The notes beneath the pieces are model-generated. The model had not been told where the DNA came from. It made no database searches and worked only from the letters and a program-made list of their open reading frames with translations. From Opitutales bacterium (GTDB lineage Bacteria > Verrucomicrobiota > Verrucomicrobiia > Opitutales > UBA9783), in the NCBI GenBank assembly GCA_046881885.1, contig JBKSMP010000019.1, positions 20,119 to 52,118 of the forward strand: 32,000 bases of DNA, read 5' to 3'. Both the position numbers and the translations under genes were made by a program. This document shows positions 16,771-25,762 of this stretch, one piece after another. Numbering within the stretch: the first letter of the stretch is position 1; each line of letters begins with the position of its first letter.

Positions 16771-18011
16771 TGGACTGGATTCGTCAAAAAATTGCAAATC
16801 GGCTCGGCGGAGCTCTTTTTGACCAAGAAAAAGCCTATAAATTCGCTGTTATTAAGCAATTAAAACAAGCTTTTATCGAAAAACATCCAGATGTTGTTTT
16901 GTTAGATTTTGGGATTGGCGAACCCGATGGACTACCTCCAACGTGTGCTATAAAATCGCTACAAGAAAGCTGTGCTCTTTCGACGTACAATGGTTATGCG
17001 GATAATGGAGCCTCTTTTTTCGTACAATCGGTACAAAATTATCTGCAAAACATATTTGGAATTTCATCGATAACCGAAGCAGAAATTTTGCCCGTATTAG
17101 GCATAAAATCTGGTCTTTCTCTCTTGGCTGGCACCCTAATCAATCCAGGTGATGTCGTTGCTTATACGGTTCCTGGATACGGCGTTTTTGCCACACAAGC
17201 AAAGTACTTTGGAGGTGAACTTTATCCATTGGAATTGAAGGCATCCAATAATTTTTTACCAGATTTAGACGCCATTCCAGAAAAAATCCGCCAAAACATT
17301 AAAGTCGTTTGCATCAACTATCCGAATAACCCTACAGGTGCCGTTGCGACAAAGGCATTTTTTGAAAAAATGATCACTTTTGCCCAAAAATATCAGTGGA
17401 TCATTCTTCAAGACGCTGCTTATAGCGCACTCAGTTTCGAGCAACCCTTATCAATTTTGCAAGTAAAGGGCGCGCTTGATTGTTGCGTAGAGCTTCATTC
17501 ACTTTCTAAAGGCTTTAATATGACTGGTTGGCGTATCGGCTGGCTATGTGGCAACAAAACCGTCCTATCAGCTTGTGCACAATATAAAAACAATTGCGAC
17601 TCGGGCCAATTCCTCGCGATCCAGAAAGCCGCAGCTACAGCTCTCGATAACGCCGAAACATGGTTGCCAAAATTACGCCAAAAATACGATAATCGCTTAC
17701 AACACTTACGGCAGATTTTAGAAAAACATCATTTTAAAACGTATCTGTCTAAGGCCGGCTTTTTCTTATACACCGATGCACCTAAGCACGTTTTAGATGC
17801 TTCAGGAAACCACCTTCAATCCTTTGATTCCGCTCAAACCTGCGCCCATTGGCTCCTAGAACAATTAGGTATCGTCGTCGTCGATTGGGATGAAGGTGGC
17901 TCTTATTTACGCTTTTCTGTTACCTTCAAGGCAGAAGATGATACCGCTTTCTTACAAGGACTAGATGAACGTCTAAAGAAGTTTATCCTCAAATACGATT
18001 CATACAATTGA
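16770..18011 (+). CDS. dapL: LL-diaminopimelate aminotransferase-type class I aminotransferase
   Basis: Motifs LDFGIGEPD, INYPNNPTG, HSLSKGFNMTGWRIGW..GN (PLP lysine) and YKNNCDSGQFLAIQKAA match my recollection of the DapL (direct DAP aminotransferase) family. The start overlaps the ntt stop (TAATG). Confidence 0.7.
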   Translation: MDWIRQKIANRLGGALFDQEKAYKFAVIKQLKQAFIEKHPDVVLLDFGIGEPDGLPPTCAIKSLQESCALSTYNGYADNGASFFVQSVQNYLQNIFGISSITEAEILPVLGIKSGLSLLAGTLINPGDVVAYTVPGYGVFATQAKYFGGELYPLELKASNNFLPDLDAIPEKIRQNIKVVCINYPNNPTGAVATKAFFEKMITFAQKYQWIILQDAAYSALSFEQPLSILQVKGALDCCVELHSLSKGFNMTGWRIGWLCGNKTVLSACAQYKNNCDSGQFLAIQKAAATALDNAETWLPKLRQKYDNRLQHLRQILEKHHFKTYLSKAGFFLYTDAPKHVLDASGNHLQSFDSAQTCAHWLLEQLGIVVVDWDEGGSYLRFSVTFKAEDDTAFLQGLDERLKKFILKYDSYN

Positions 18012-18018
18012 CAAGATC

Positions 18019-18047
18019 TTGACTTCAATCTCCATCTTTTCTATAAT
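18019..18047 (+). promoter_or_regulatory. near-consensus sigma70 promoter TTGACT-17nt-TATAAT
   Basis: TTGACT lies at 18019-18024, followed by an exact 17-nt spacer and a perfect TATAAT at 18042-18047. Only 6 nt separate the -10 from ATG 18054, and no Shine-Dalgarno sequence is present. Confidence 0.5.
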
Positions 18048-18053
18048 TAAAGC

Positions 18054-18692
18054 ATGGATATGTTAAAATCTTTGTTTGTTATTTTGTTTTTTACGATTAA
18101 TTCTCTTTGTTATGCGATAGAAATTGAATGTTCTGTTTGCCATGAACGATTCGATCGCGGCAAAGCATCAGGAAGTGTGTGCCCAGAGTGCAAAAAATTA
18201 ATCACTGCCGTAAAAGAATGGAAAAAAGGTTGTCCAGAGTGTCGTAAATACCCATGGCTCGATCTTTGTCCCGATTGCTTAGGGGATATAACAAAACAAG
18301 AAGATACTTGCAATGATCAACATCATAAGCTTTACAATGTGTGTACTGAATGTTTAAAGGTCGCTTGCCAGGCAAAAGGAGAATATAATGGAGCAGACAG
18401 TCCCCATTGTTATCTTGCAACTTGTAAAAACCCTATTGCTTCTAAAGGTTGTTACGGTTATCCAACTAGGTTGTGCATGGCCCATAATGAATCTTTAATG
18501 AAAGCTATAATAACACACAAATCGAATTGTAAAGCAGACTGTAAACGGTATCCATTCTTAGACCTCTGTCCAGAATGTCTTGAACTAATCAATAGTCAAA
18601 AAGACGGCCATGGCGACTGTATTTGGAAGGATACTCCTTATGACGTTTATGTCCCATGCGAAACGTGCTTGGCGTGTTATGCATGCGAATAA
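18054..18692 (+). CDS. secreted cysteine-rich repeat protein (hypothetical)
   Basis: The N-terminus MDMLKSLFVILFFTINSLCYA-IE is signal-peptide-like. I count 26 Cys in 212 aa by hand, many in CxxC pairs. There is an internal repeat: CPECRKYPWLDLCPDCLGDITKQED versus CKADCKRYPFLDLCPECLELINSQKD. Confidence 0.6.
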   Translation: MDMLKSLFVILFFTINSLCYAIEIECSVCHERFDRGKASGSVCPECKKLITAVKEWKKGCPECRKYPWLDLCPDCLGDITKQEDTCNDQHHKLYNVCTECLKVACQAKGEYNGADSPHCYLATCKNPIASKGCYGYPTRLCMAHNESLMKAIITHKSNCKADCKRYPFLDLCPECLELINSQKDGHGDCIWKDTPYDVYVPCETCLACYACE

Positions 18693-18694
18693 GC

Positions 18695-20389
18695 TCAAAC
18701 TTTAAAGATAGAACCAAAGCTTTTACCAAGCAAAATAGAGGTTCCGATAATAGTAACCGCTAAGAACGTCATTGCCCAAACACCTAAGGCGCACGACAAG
18801 AAGGTGCCATTACCCAAGAGATTCAGAAGCTCATAAATAGACTTTGTAATTGGATAAAAGGCCTGTTTTTGAGCCAAAATGAGGGAGTCTGAGACTTCCA
18901 ACATCGCTTGTGAAAAGACTAAAATAGCTCCAGCCATCAAATTCGCTGTAATCAACGGCAAAGTAATCTTTCGAATCGCCTTTAAAGAGGAACATCCTAG
19001 ATTTTGCGCAGCTTCCTCATAGGTTGGCGAAATTTGCTGCAAACCGGCCACACTTGAACGCACCATAAGCGGCAACTTTCGAATTGCATACGAAATAATC
19101 AGTAAAATCGTTGGGTTTTTAACAGGATTAAGGCAGGCGAACAAACGACCTTCTTGAGACATTGCCACAAAGCCAAAAGCCATTACAAGGCCTGGAACTG
19201 CTAAAGGCATCATTGAGCAAGTATCTAACAAATGCCTACCTGGTAATTTGGTACGCACCACAACAAAGGCAATTCCAATTCCTAACAAAGCACTTAAAAT
19301 CGTAGCAAATGAAGCATAAATCAAGCTATTTTGAATCGAAGGAATAGTCAAGGAATCTCCTAAAGCAGCAATATAGTTATTGGTTGTCCAAACCGTTGGA
19401 AAAATACTCTTATACCAATCCGCCGCAAACGAGAAAAGAATGACGGTAAGATGCGGTGCTAGTGCCAAAAGTGTCACAAATGAAAATAAAAGTGCACTGC
19501 CTAAATTCCCCCAAACATTCATTTGTTTACACGCTTTTGCATGGGAAGCTTTTGCCAACATTTCGTAATTATTCTTCCCAAAAAGACCTTTACCCAATAA
19601 GTAAAAGGTTGCCGAAAGGATAAACATAACCGCAACAAGCGCATAAGGGAACGGGTTGCCACCAATCTCCTTCAAACCATTATAAATTTGTACTGAAGTA
19701 ATACGATTATAATTGAACATTAACGGCACACCCAATTCTGTAAACGCCCATATAAACACAATAGTACAGCCTGCAAAAACCCCTGGACGAATCAAGGGAA
19801 AGGTTATGTGCCAAAACTTTCGAAAACCTTTACAACCTAAATTTTCAGCTGCTTCGCCTAAAGCCGGATCGATATTCGCCAAAGACGCCACAATGTTCAA
19901 ATATAAAATTGGATATAAACTCAGCGCATTCATGAGAATAATGCTGGTCATTGGAAAAGCTCCAAGCCAGTCAAAAGGCTGATCCGCACTCATTAAACCC
20001 ATCTTAACAAGAAAGGTATTTAAAGATCCATAGGTTCCCAAAAGCTGCAAAACCCCATTCGCACCAACAAACGGCGGCAGCATAATTGGCAACAAGACTA
20101 AACTTGAAAAGAAGCGCTTTCCCCAAAAATCGTAGCCATTGAACAAATACGCCAACGGAACCGCAATGACAAGCCCCAAAAGCGTAGAGCCGATTCCCAT
20201 CGTAAAAGAATTAAAAAGACCTTCTACGTAAACCGGATTTTGGAAAACCGTCTTTAAATAAGACAAAGTAAAGCCTTGCTCGTAGTCAAAAAAACCTCCA
20301 CGAATGATTTCCCAAATCGGCCAAATAAAGAAACAGGAAAAGAATGTTATTGAGAGAATATAAACAGAAATCGCCAGCCTTTTAGACAT
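18695..20389 (-). CDS. ABC transporter permease, tandem two-domain type (FbpB/ThiP-like iron(III)/thiamine class)
   Basis: The 564-aa polytopic protein carries two EAA-loop motifs: EAAENLGCKGFRKFWHITFPLIRPG and EAAQNLGCSSLKAIRKITLPLITAN. Confidence 0.8.
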   Translation of the reverse strand: MSKRLAISVYILSITFFSCFFIWPIWEIIRGGFFDYEQGFTLSYLKTVFQNPVYVEGLFNSFTMGIGSTLLGLVIAVPLAYLFNGYDFWGKRFFSSLVLLPIMLPPFVGANGVLQLLGTYGSLNTFLVKMGLMSADQPFDWLGAFPMTSIILMNALSLYPILYLNIVASLANIDPALGEAAENLGCKGFRKFWHITFPLIRPGVFAGCTIVFIWAFTELGVPLMFNYNRITSVQIYNGLKEIGGNPFPYALVAVMFILSATFYLLGKGLFGKNNYEMLAKASHAKACKQMNVWGNLGSALLFSFVTLLALAPHLTVILFSFAADWYKSIFPTVWTTNNYIAALGDSLTIPSIQNSLIYASFATILSALLGIGIAFVVVRTKLPGRHLLDTCSMMPLAVPGLVMAFGFVAMSQEGRLFACLNPVKNPTILLIISYAIRKLPLMVRSSVAGLQQISPTYEEAAQNLGCSSLKAIRKITLPLITANLMAGAILVFSQAMLEVSDSLILAQKQAFYPITKSIYELLNLLGNGTFLSCALGVWAMTFLAVTIIGTSILLGKSFGSIFKV

Positions 20390-20502
20390 GTGTACTTTTT
20401 ATTATTTCCATAAAAAGTAAATTTTTTCTAAAAAGCAAATATTAATTATAACTTTTAAGCAAACCTTAAATAAATCCGCCAATTTATGCGGAAAAATAAA
20501 GA

Positions 20503-20916
20503 TTATAAACTTTCTATAAAATTTTTAAGTGAATTTAACACAGGCAAATCCGAATAAATTACAGCATACCATTCTAGATCTTCTCGTAAGGATTGCTTAT
20601 AAAATTCATAGTCTACAGAATCTTGTAAACTGAATATGGTATCCAATTGGGCCTCAAACCATACTCGCAAATCCTCTTCAAGTTCTTTGGTTTCAATTTC
20701 AACAAGGAGATTCGCATAATTCAATAATAATTCCATAAGCGAATTTTCATCATTATCGGCAATATTTAACCGTCTTCTGTTATAAAATTCATTTGGCTGT
20801 TCTTCATAAACTTCGCAAAAAGGATTCAAGGTTGATGGCCTAAAATCTATCTCGCTGCCGCCTAAATTAAAAAGCAAATAATTCCATATCCCGCAGAAAA
20901 AAACAAATTTTTTCAT
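20503..20916 (-). CDS. hypothetical acidic protein with N-terminal hydrophobic segment
   Basis: The likely start is MKKFVFFCGIWNYLLF... at 20916. The remainder is Glu/Asp/Leu-rich and helical. I recognise no family, and the region looks AT-rich by eye. Confidence 0.45.
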   Translation of the reverse strand: MKKFVFFCGIWNYLLFNLGGSEIDFRPSTLNPFCEVYEEQPNEFYNRRRLNIADNDENSLMELLLNYANLLVEIETKELEEDLRVWFEAQLDTIFSLQDSVDYEFYKQSLREDLEWYAVIYSDLPVLNSLKNFIESL

Positions 20917-20946
20917 GCCGATAAAGATTACCAAGATACTTTCTGC

Positions 20947-20975
20947 TTGTCAAGTGAGTCTAGCATACATAAATT
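20947..20975 (+). promoter_or_regulatory. sigma70-like promoter candidate TTGTCA-17nt-TAAATT upstream of rpoN
   Basis: TTGTCA lies at 20947-20952, followed by a 17-nt spacer and TAAATT at 20970-20975. This is a motif match only. Confidence 0.25.
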
Positions 20976-21032
20976 TCTTGTGATAAAAAATTACCTTTCC
21001 TTTTGGTAAATTTTATTATAAGATAGATAATA

Positions 21033-22403
21033 ATGATTGTTCGAATGGAGCAGTTACAGGCCCAGACGCAAGTCATGGCCCCACAATTAAGGCAGTCGCT
21101 TAAAATCCTACAAGCGTCGGCTCTTGATTTACGTGCAGTCATTCAAGAAGAACTGCAATTGAATCCAACCCTCGAAGAACTACCTTTAGATTCCATTAGT
21201 TTAGATACACCTAAAGAAACGGTTGATAATCGAGCTTCGGATTTTGAAGATTATGACAGCAATCGCAAAGCTTCACAAGCCGCCAAGAAAAAACAACATG
21301 AGTTTTTAATGGAGTCACTGACCTCGGATATCTCCCTTCAAGACCATCTTCTTTCACAAATTGGTTGCTTGGAACTTACGGAAGATCTGGATTCTATCAC
21401 CGCTTTTATCATTGGTAGCTTAGACGAAAAAGGTTTCTTAACCTTATCTTTAGAAGAAATTGTCCGACAAACTCGACACCCTATTGCCAAAGTTAAAGAA
21501 GCTTTAAAAATCATTCAGCAATTAGATCCTATCGGTATTGGATCCAAAGACGTACGCTCCTGTTTGCTCCTTCAATTAAGGCATCAAAACAAAAAAAGTT
21601 CGCTTGCTTACACGATTTTAGATGAATATTATCCTTTATTATTAAAAAATAAAATCGTAGATATTGCACGTCATCTAAACGTAAGCCCAGAAGATGTACA
21701 AAACGTAATTAATTGCGATATTGTCCCGTTAGATCCAGCTCCTGGTCGACATTTTCAATCCAATCCCACACAAAGCATTATTCCAGATATCCGTGTTTTT
21801 AAAAATCATTTAGGGGAATGGCTTGTTGAATTAAATAACGATTATATTCCTCGTTTGCGAATAGGCAATATCTACAAAGATATGTTGTCCCAAAGCAATG
21901 TCAAAATGGAGGATCGTAATTATTTACGCCTAAAAATTCGTTCTGGACGATTTCTTATCCAAGCCATCTTACAGCGCCAAAAAACAATCGAACAAATTGC
22001 TTACGCGCTGCTTAAAGAACAACACGATTTCTTTGAAAAAGGACCTGCATTTTTAAAGCCATTAACCTTGCAAGTACTCGCAGAAGCCATTGGAATTCAC
22101 GAAACAACGGTCAGTCGCGCAACAGCTAATAAATACTTAGAAACTCCATTTGGTCTTTTCAGCTTCAAATATTTCTTCACTAAAGGATTGAATTTTGGCG
22201 ATGGAGCGGTAATCTCTAACTCTATTATAAAGCAACAAATTCAAAAAATTATTGAAGGTGAAAATAGAAAAAAACCGCTCAGTGATCAAAAAATTGTTAC
22301 TTTATTAACGCGAAATGGCGTGCAAATTGCCCGAAGAACCGTTACCAAGTACCGGGAATTATTGGGCATTCCAGCTGCCAGTTTGCGGCGCAAATACGAT
22401 TAA
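21033..22403 (+). CDS. rpoN: RNA polymerase sigma-54 factor
   Basis: The N-terminal region I reads LQAQTQVMAPQLRQSLKILQ. The C-terminal HTH is followed by the RpoN box IARRTVTKYRELLGIP. An alternative start lies at 21045. Confidence 0.9.
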   Translation: MIVRMEQLQAQTQVMAPQLRQSLKILQASALDLRAVIQEELQLNPTLEELPLDSISLDTPKETVDNRASDFEDYDSNRKASQAAKKKQHEFLMESLTSDISLQDHLLSQIGCLELTEDLDSITAFIIGSLDEKGFLTLSLEEIVRQTRHPIAKVKEALKIIQQLDPIGIGSKDVRSCLLLQLRHQNKKSSLAYTILDEYYPLLLKNKIVDIARHLNVSPEDVQNVINCDIVPLDPAPGRHFQSNPTQSIIPDIRVFKNHLGEWLVELNNDYIPRLRIGNIYKDMLSQSNVKMEDRNYLRLKIRSGRFLIQAILQRQKTIEQIAYALLKEQHDFFEKGPAFLKPLTLQVLAEAIGIHETTVSRATANKYLETPFGLFSFKYFFTKGLNFGDGAVISNSIIKQQIQKIIEGENRKKPLSDQKIVTLLTRNGVQIARRTVTKYRELLGIPAASLRRKYD

Positions 22404-22405
22404 TT

Positions 22406-23605
22406 ATGAATATACATGAATATCAAGCGAAAACGCTATTAGAGCAATTTAAAATAAACGTCCCAAAAGGATTCTGTGTTGAGCAATCTGATGCATCCTT
22501 ATTGGACACGATCAAGTCACACCTAGGGACTATCGATCGGGTTGCTATTAAAGCGCAAATCCATGCTGGAGGAAGAGGGAAAGGCATTTTTTCTGAAAAT
22601 GGCATGCGCGGTGTTCAAGTTGTTCCTGTCGAACAAGCAAGTACTATTGTATCAGGAATGTTAGGAAATACGCTTGTTACAAAGCAAACAGGCCTTGAAG
22701 GCAAGCAAGTTCGCAAGGTTTACATTACGGAAACGATAAACATTGATCGCGAATTCTATGTATCTATTTTAATTGATCGCAAGCAACAATGTCCCGTTTT
22801 AATTGCGTCTGCTTGTGGAGGTTGTGACATCGAAGAAGTGGCGCAAAAACAGCCTGAAAGCGTTCTTACGCTACCGATCGATCCGCTTGTAGGTCTAGCA
22901 GCCTTTCAAGCAAGACAAGTCGCTTTTCTGTTCAATTTAACGGGCGATGCTTATAAGGAATGCGTACACTTATTGCTGCAGCTTTACAAAGCATTTTTGG
23001 CCTTAGACGCCTCACTTATTGAAATTAATCCGCTTGTGCTCACGAAAGAGAGACATATCTGTGCATTGGACGCCAAAATTCAACTCGATGACAATGCTTT
23101 GATCCGTCATCCTGAATACGCAGCTTTAGAAGACCCCTTCGAAAAAGATCCTAAGGAAGTTGAAGCAGCGCAGTATTCCCTCAATTACATTGCACTAAAA
23201 GGCAATATCGCATGTCTCGTAAACGGTGCAGGCCTTGCCATGGCAACCATGGATATTATTCAACATTTCGGTGGAATGCCCGCTAATTTCTTAGATGTAG
23301 GCGGTGGCGCCAAACAAGAACAAATCGAGGCTGCCTTCAAAATCATTTTGCAAGATCCTAATGTAAAAGGTATTTTTATCAATATCTTCGGAGGTATTTT
23401 ACAATGCGATATGCTTGCTAAAGCGATTGTAGCAGCTGCCCATTCTGTACAGCTTCATTTACCCCTTGTTGTGCGCATGAAAGGAACTAACGTCGATGCG
23501 GCTAAGCAAATTCTTCAAACAAGCGGTCTTTCGCTTATTCCTATCGATGATTTAGCAGAAGCAGCACAAACCATTGTCAACAAAGTCCAGGAGGCTTCCT
23601 TATGA
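22406..23605 (+). CDS. sucC: succinyl-CoA synthetase beta subunit
   Basis: [15 protein letters not shown]... is the classic SucC N-terminus, in a 399-aa ATP-grasp protein. The stop overlaps the sucD start. Confidence 0.9.
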   Translation: MNIHEYQAKTLLEQFKINVPKGFCVEQSDASLLDTIKSHLGTIDRVAIKAQIHAGGRGKGIFSENGMRGVQVVPVEQASTIVSGMLGNTLVTKQTGLEGKQVRKVYITETINIDREFYVSILIDRKQQCPVLIASACGGCDIEEVAQKQPESVLTLPIDPLVGLAAFQARQVAFLFNLTGDAYKECVHLLLQLYKAFLALDASLIEINPLVLTKERHICALDAKIQLDDNALIRHPEYAALEDPFEKDPKEVEAAQYSLNYIALKGNIACLVNGAGLAMATMDIIQHFGGMPANFLDVGGGAKQEQIEAAFKIILQDPNVKGIFINIFGGILQCDMLAKAIVAAAHSVQLHLPLVVRMKGTNVDAAKQILQTSGLSLIPIDDLAEAAQTIVNKVQEASL

Positions 23606-24483
23606 GTATTTTTATTGATCAATCTACACGCGTCCTTGTCCAAGGAATTACCGGAAAAACAGGTCTTTTCCATTCGCAACAATGTCTAGATTATGGAACG
23701 CGTATCGTTGCAGGTGTAACGCCAGGAAAAGGTGGCCAAATGGTTCATGACCGCATTCCCGTGTTTAATACCGTTAAAGAAGCTGTTTTGGAAACGCAGC
23801 CAACCGCTTCCTTAATTTTCGTCCCTCCAACACTGGCAGCTGACTCTATTATGGAAGCAATTGATGCCGAAATTCCGCTTGTAGTGTGTATCACAGAAGG
23901 CATTCCAACACGTGACATGCTTTTGGTCAAACGTAAATTGGAAGGCAGCAAAACGCGCCTTATTGGTCCTAATTCGCCAGGAGTAATGTCGCCCGGAAAA
24001 TGTAAAATGGGTATTATGCCTGCTGCTATTCATAAAGAAGGACCTATCGGTATTGTATCACGCTCAGGTACGCTCACTTATGAAGCCGTCTGGCAATTAA
24101 CTGAAAAAGGGATTGGTCAATCGACTACAATCGGTATCGGTGGCGATCCTATTATCGGAACGCACTACATTGATGTTTTGAAGGCCTTTAATGAAGATCC
24201 TAACACGGAAGGTATCATCCTTATCGGCGAGATTGGTGGAACCGCTGAAGAACTAGCCGCTGAGTATATTAAGCAACATGTCCGTAAACCTGTCGCTGCT
24301 TTTATCGGTGGAAGATCCGCTCCTGCCGGAAAACGTATGGGACATGCAGGCGCGATTATTTCAGGATCGGGTGGAACCGCTCAATCAAAAATAAATGCAT
24401 TGTTGGCTGCAGGCGTAGAAGTCGCTCAACATCCCGCCGATATCGGAGCTGCCATGATCCGAGCCTTGAAAAGTAATCTTTAG
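23602..24483 (+). CDS. sucD: succinyl-CoA synthetase alpha subunit
   Basis: Motifs [28 protein letters not shown] and GHAGAII (phosphohistidine loop) are present. Confidence 0.9.
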   Translation: MSIFIDQSTRVLVQGITGKTGLFHSQQCLDYGTRIVAGVTPGKGGQMVHDRIPVFNTVKEAVLETQPTASLIFVPPTLAADSIMEAIDAEIPLVVCITEGIPTRDMLLVKRKLEGSKTRLIGPNSPGVMSPGKCKMGIMPAAIHKEGPIGIVSRSGTLTYEAVWQLTEKGIGQSTTIGIGGDPIIGTHYIDVLKAFNEDPNTEGIILIGEIGGTAEELAAEYIKQHVRKPVAAFIGGRSAPAGKRMGHAGAIISGSGGTAQSKINALLAAGVEVAQHPADIGAAMIRALKSNL

Positions 24484-24491
24484 TACAACTT

Positions 24492-24563
24492 CTGTAAAAG
24501 TCGGAAAGGGGTATTTTTACGCTATTGATACGGAATAAACACTTTTTACGCCGACTTTTGCAG
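24492..24563 (+). terminator. long-loop inverted repeat between convergent sucD and lspA (possible terminator)
   Basis: CTGTAAAAGTCGG (24492-24504) pairs with CCGACTTTTGCAG (24551-24563) in 13-nt arms with one mismatch. The tail is gacTTGTTTTGC. The 46-nt loop is atypical for an intrinsic terminator. Confidence 0.3.
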
Positions 24564-24588
24564 GACTTGTTTTGCTTAAAATATTCTC

Positions 24589-25029
24589 TTAAACCTTTTT
24601 CCTCTTAAACCCCAAAAGGCTTAAAATACAAATACTTGTGATTGCAATATCGGCAATATTAAAGCAGGGCCAATGGGAATTTTTTACATAAAAATCTAGA
24701 AAATCAACTACATGGCCTCTTAAGAAACGATCTAGCGTATTGCCTAAAATACCGCCACACAAGATCCCGAATAAAATCCATTGGCACCTGGACGGAGCAT
24801 GTTTTTTTAGATAAAAAGGAAGAACCAGCACTACCATAACGCCCAACCACGCAAGTCCATAAGTCCATTGCGAACCCATTCCCCAAATACTACCTGTATT
24901 AAAAACGAGCTGTAGAGAGAAAAAACCTGGAATAACAGTAATCGGTTGAGCAAGCGTTGTAAGTGCCCAAATTTTAGCGAATTGATCGCATATAAAGACA
25001 AGAAATGCGCTCCAGAAGAAGCATTTCAT
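24589..25029 (-). CDS. lspA: lipoprotein signal peptidase (signal peptidase II)
   Basis: Motifs DQFAKIW, FNTGSIWG, GGILGNTLDR..GHVVDF and FNIADIAI are present in a 146-aa protein with four TM segments. Confidence 0.9.
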   Translation of the reverse strand: MKCFFWSAFLVFICDQFAKIWALTTLAQPITVIPGFFSLQLVFNTGSIWGMGSQWTYGLAWLGVMVVLVLPFYLKKHAPSRCQWILFGILCGGILGNTLDRFLRGHVVDFLDFYVKNSHWPCFNIADIAITSICILSLLGFKRKKV

Positions 25030-25739
25030 TCCATTTCCTCATTTAACTCTTGAGCATCTTCTGCTTCATAAAAAGGACGTTTGGAAGCTTCGTTTTCCTC
25101 ATCGCTTGAAATACGCACTGAGCTATTTGCCAATTGGGCTAAACGTCGTGCACGCGCAACGTCTTCCATTTGCTTTTGCCCTTCTAGGGAATAACGAACA
25201 TAGGGTATCGATTCTAGGCGTTGTTCCAAAATCGGTTTACCTGTAATCTCACAAACACCATACGTTCCAGCAAAAATCCGCTCTATAGCTGCATCAATTT
25301 CTTTCAAGGCTTCCTTAGGATCGGAAATTAAATCCAAAGACAAAGTTTCATCTTCATGAGCTTGAGTATCCAACGCACCTCCACGCAACCGCGTTCGCAA
25401 GCGAATAAGTTTGTCATAAAAAGACTTCCACTGATTAGGAACTTTTCGCTGTTCTTTCTCAGGCGCAGGTTCTGCAGAAGACTTAGGATTAAATCCGAAA
25501 ATATCACTTAAAGAAGCTGCCTTGAACACACGCTTTTGAGCTGTATCTTGCGGCTTATTTTGTTGAGAAATTACCTCTGTTTTTTGCGTCTTACGAATAA
25601 CTTCTTCTTTACTTTTTTCTTTTAAAAAATTATCAACATCTTGCATGGAAAAGTGGTCTTCGCGTACATTAACCACTTTACTATTTGCATGCTTACGACG
25701 ACAAGCCGCTTTCAAAATACTACTAACATCCGCTTTCAT
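25026..25739 (-). CDS. dksA: DksA/TraR-family-like protein with N-terminal extension
   Basis: The C-terminal IERIFAGTYGVCEITGKPILEQRLESIPYVRYSLEGQ resembles the DksA zinc-ribbon region but has only one Cys. It overlaps lspA as ATGA, matching the dksA-lspA adjacency I recall from Chlamydia. The N-terminal ~100 aa are Lys/Glu/Gln-rich. Confidence 0.65.
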   Translation of the reverse strand: MKADVSSILKAACRRKHANSKVVNVREDHFSMQDVDNFLKEKSKEEVIRKTQKTEVISQQNKPQDTAQKRVFKAASLSDIFGFNPKSSAEPAPEKEQRKVPNQWKSFYDKLIRLRTRLRGGALDTQAHEDETLSLDLISDPKEALKEIDAAIERIFAGTYGVCEITGKPILEQRLESIPYVRYSLEGQKQMEDVARARRLAQLANSSVRISSDEENEASKRPFYEAEDAQELNEEME

Positions 25740-25762
25740 GAATTCTATTAATTTGTAACCAA

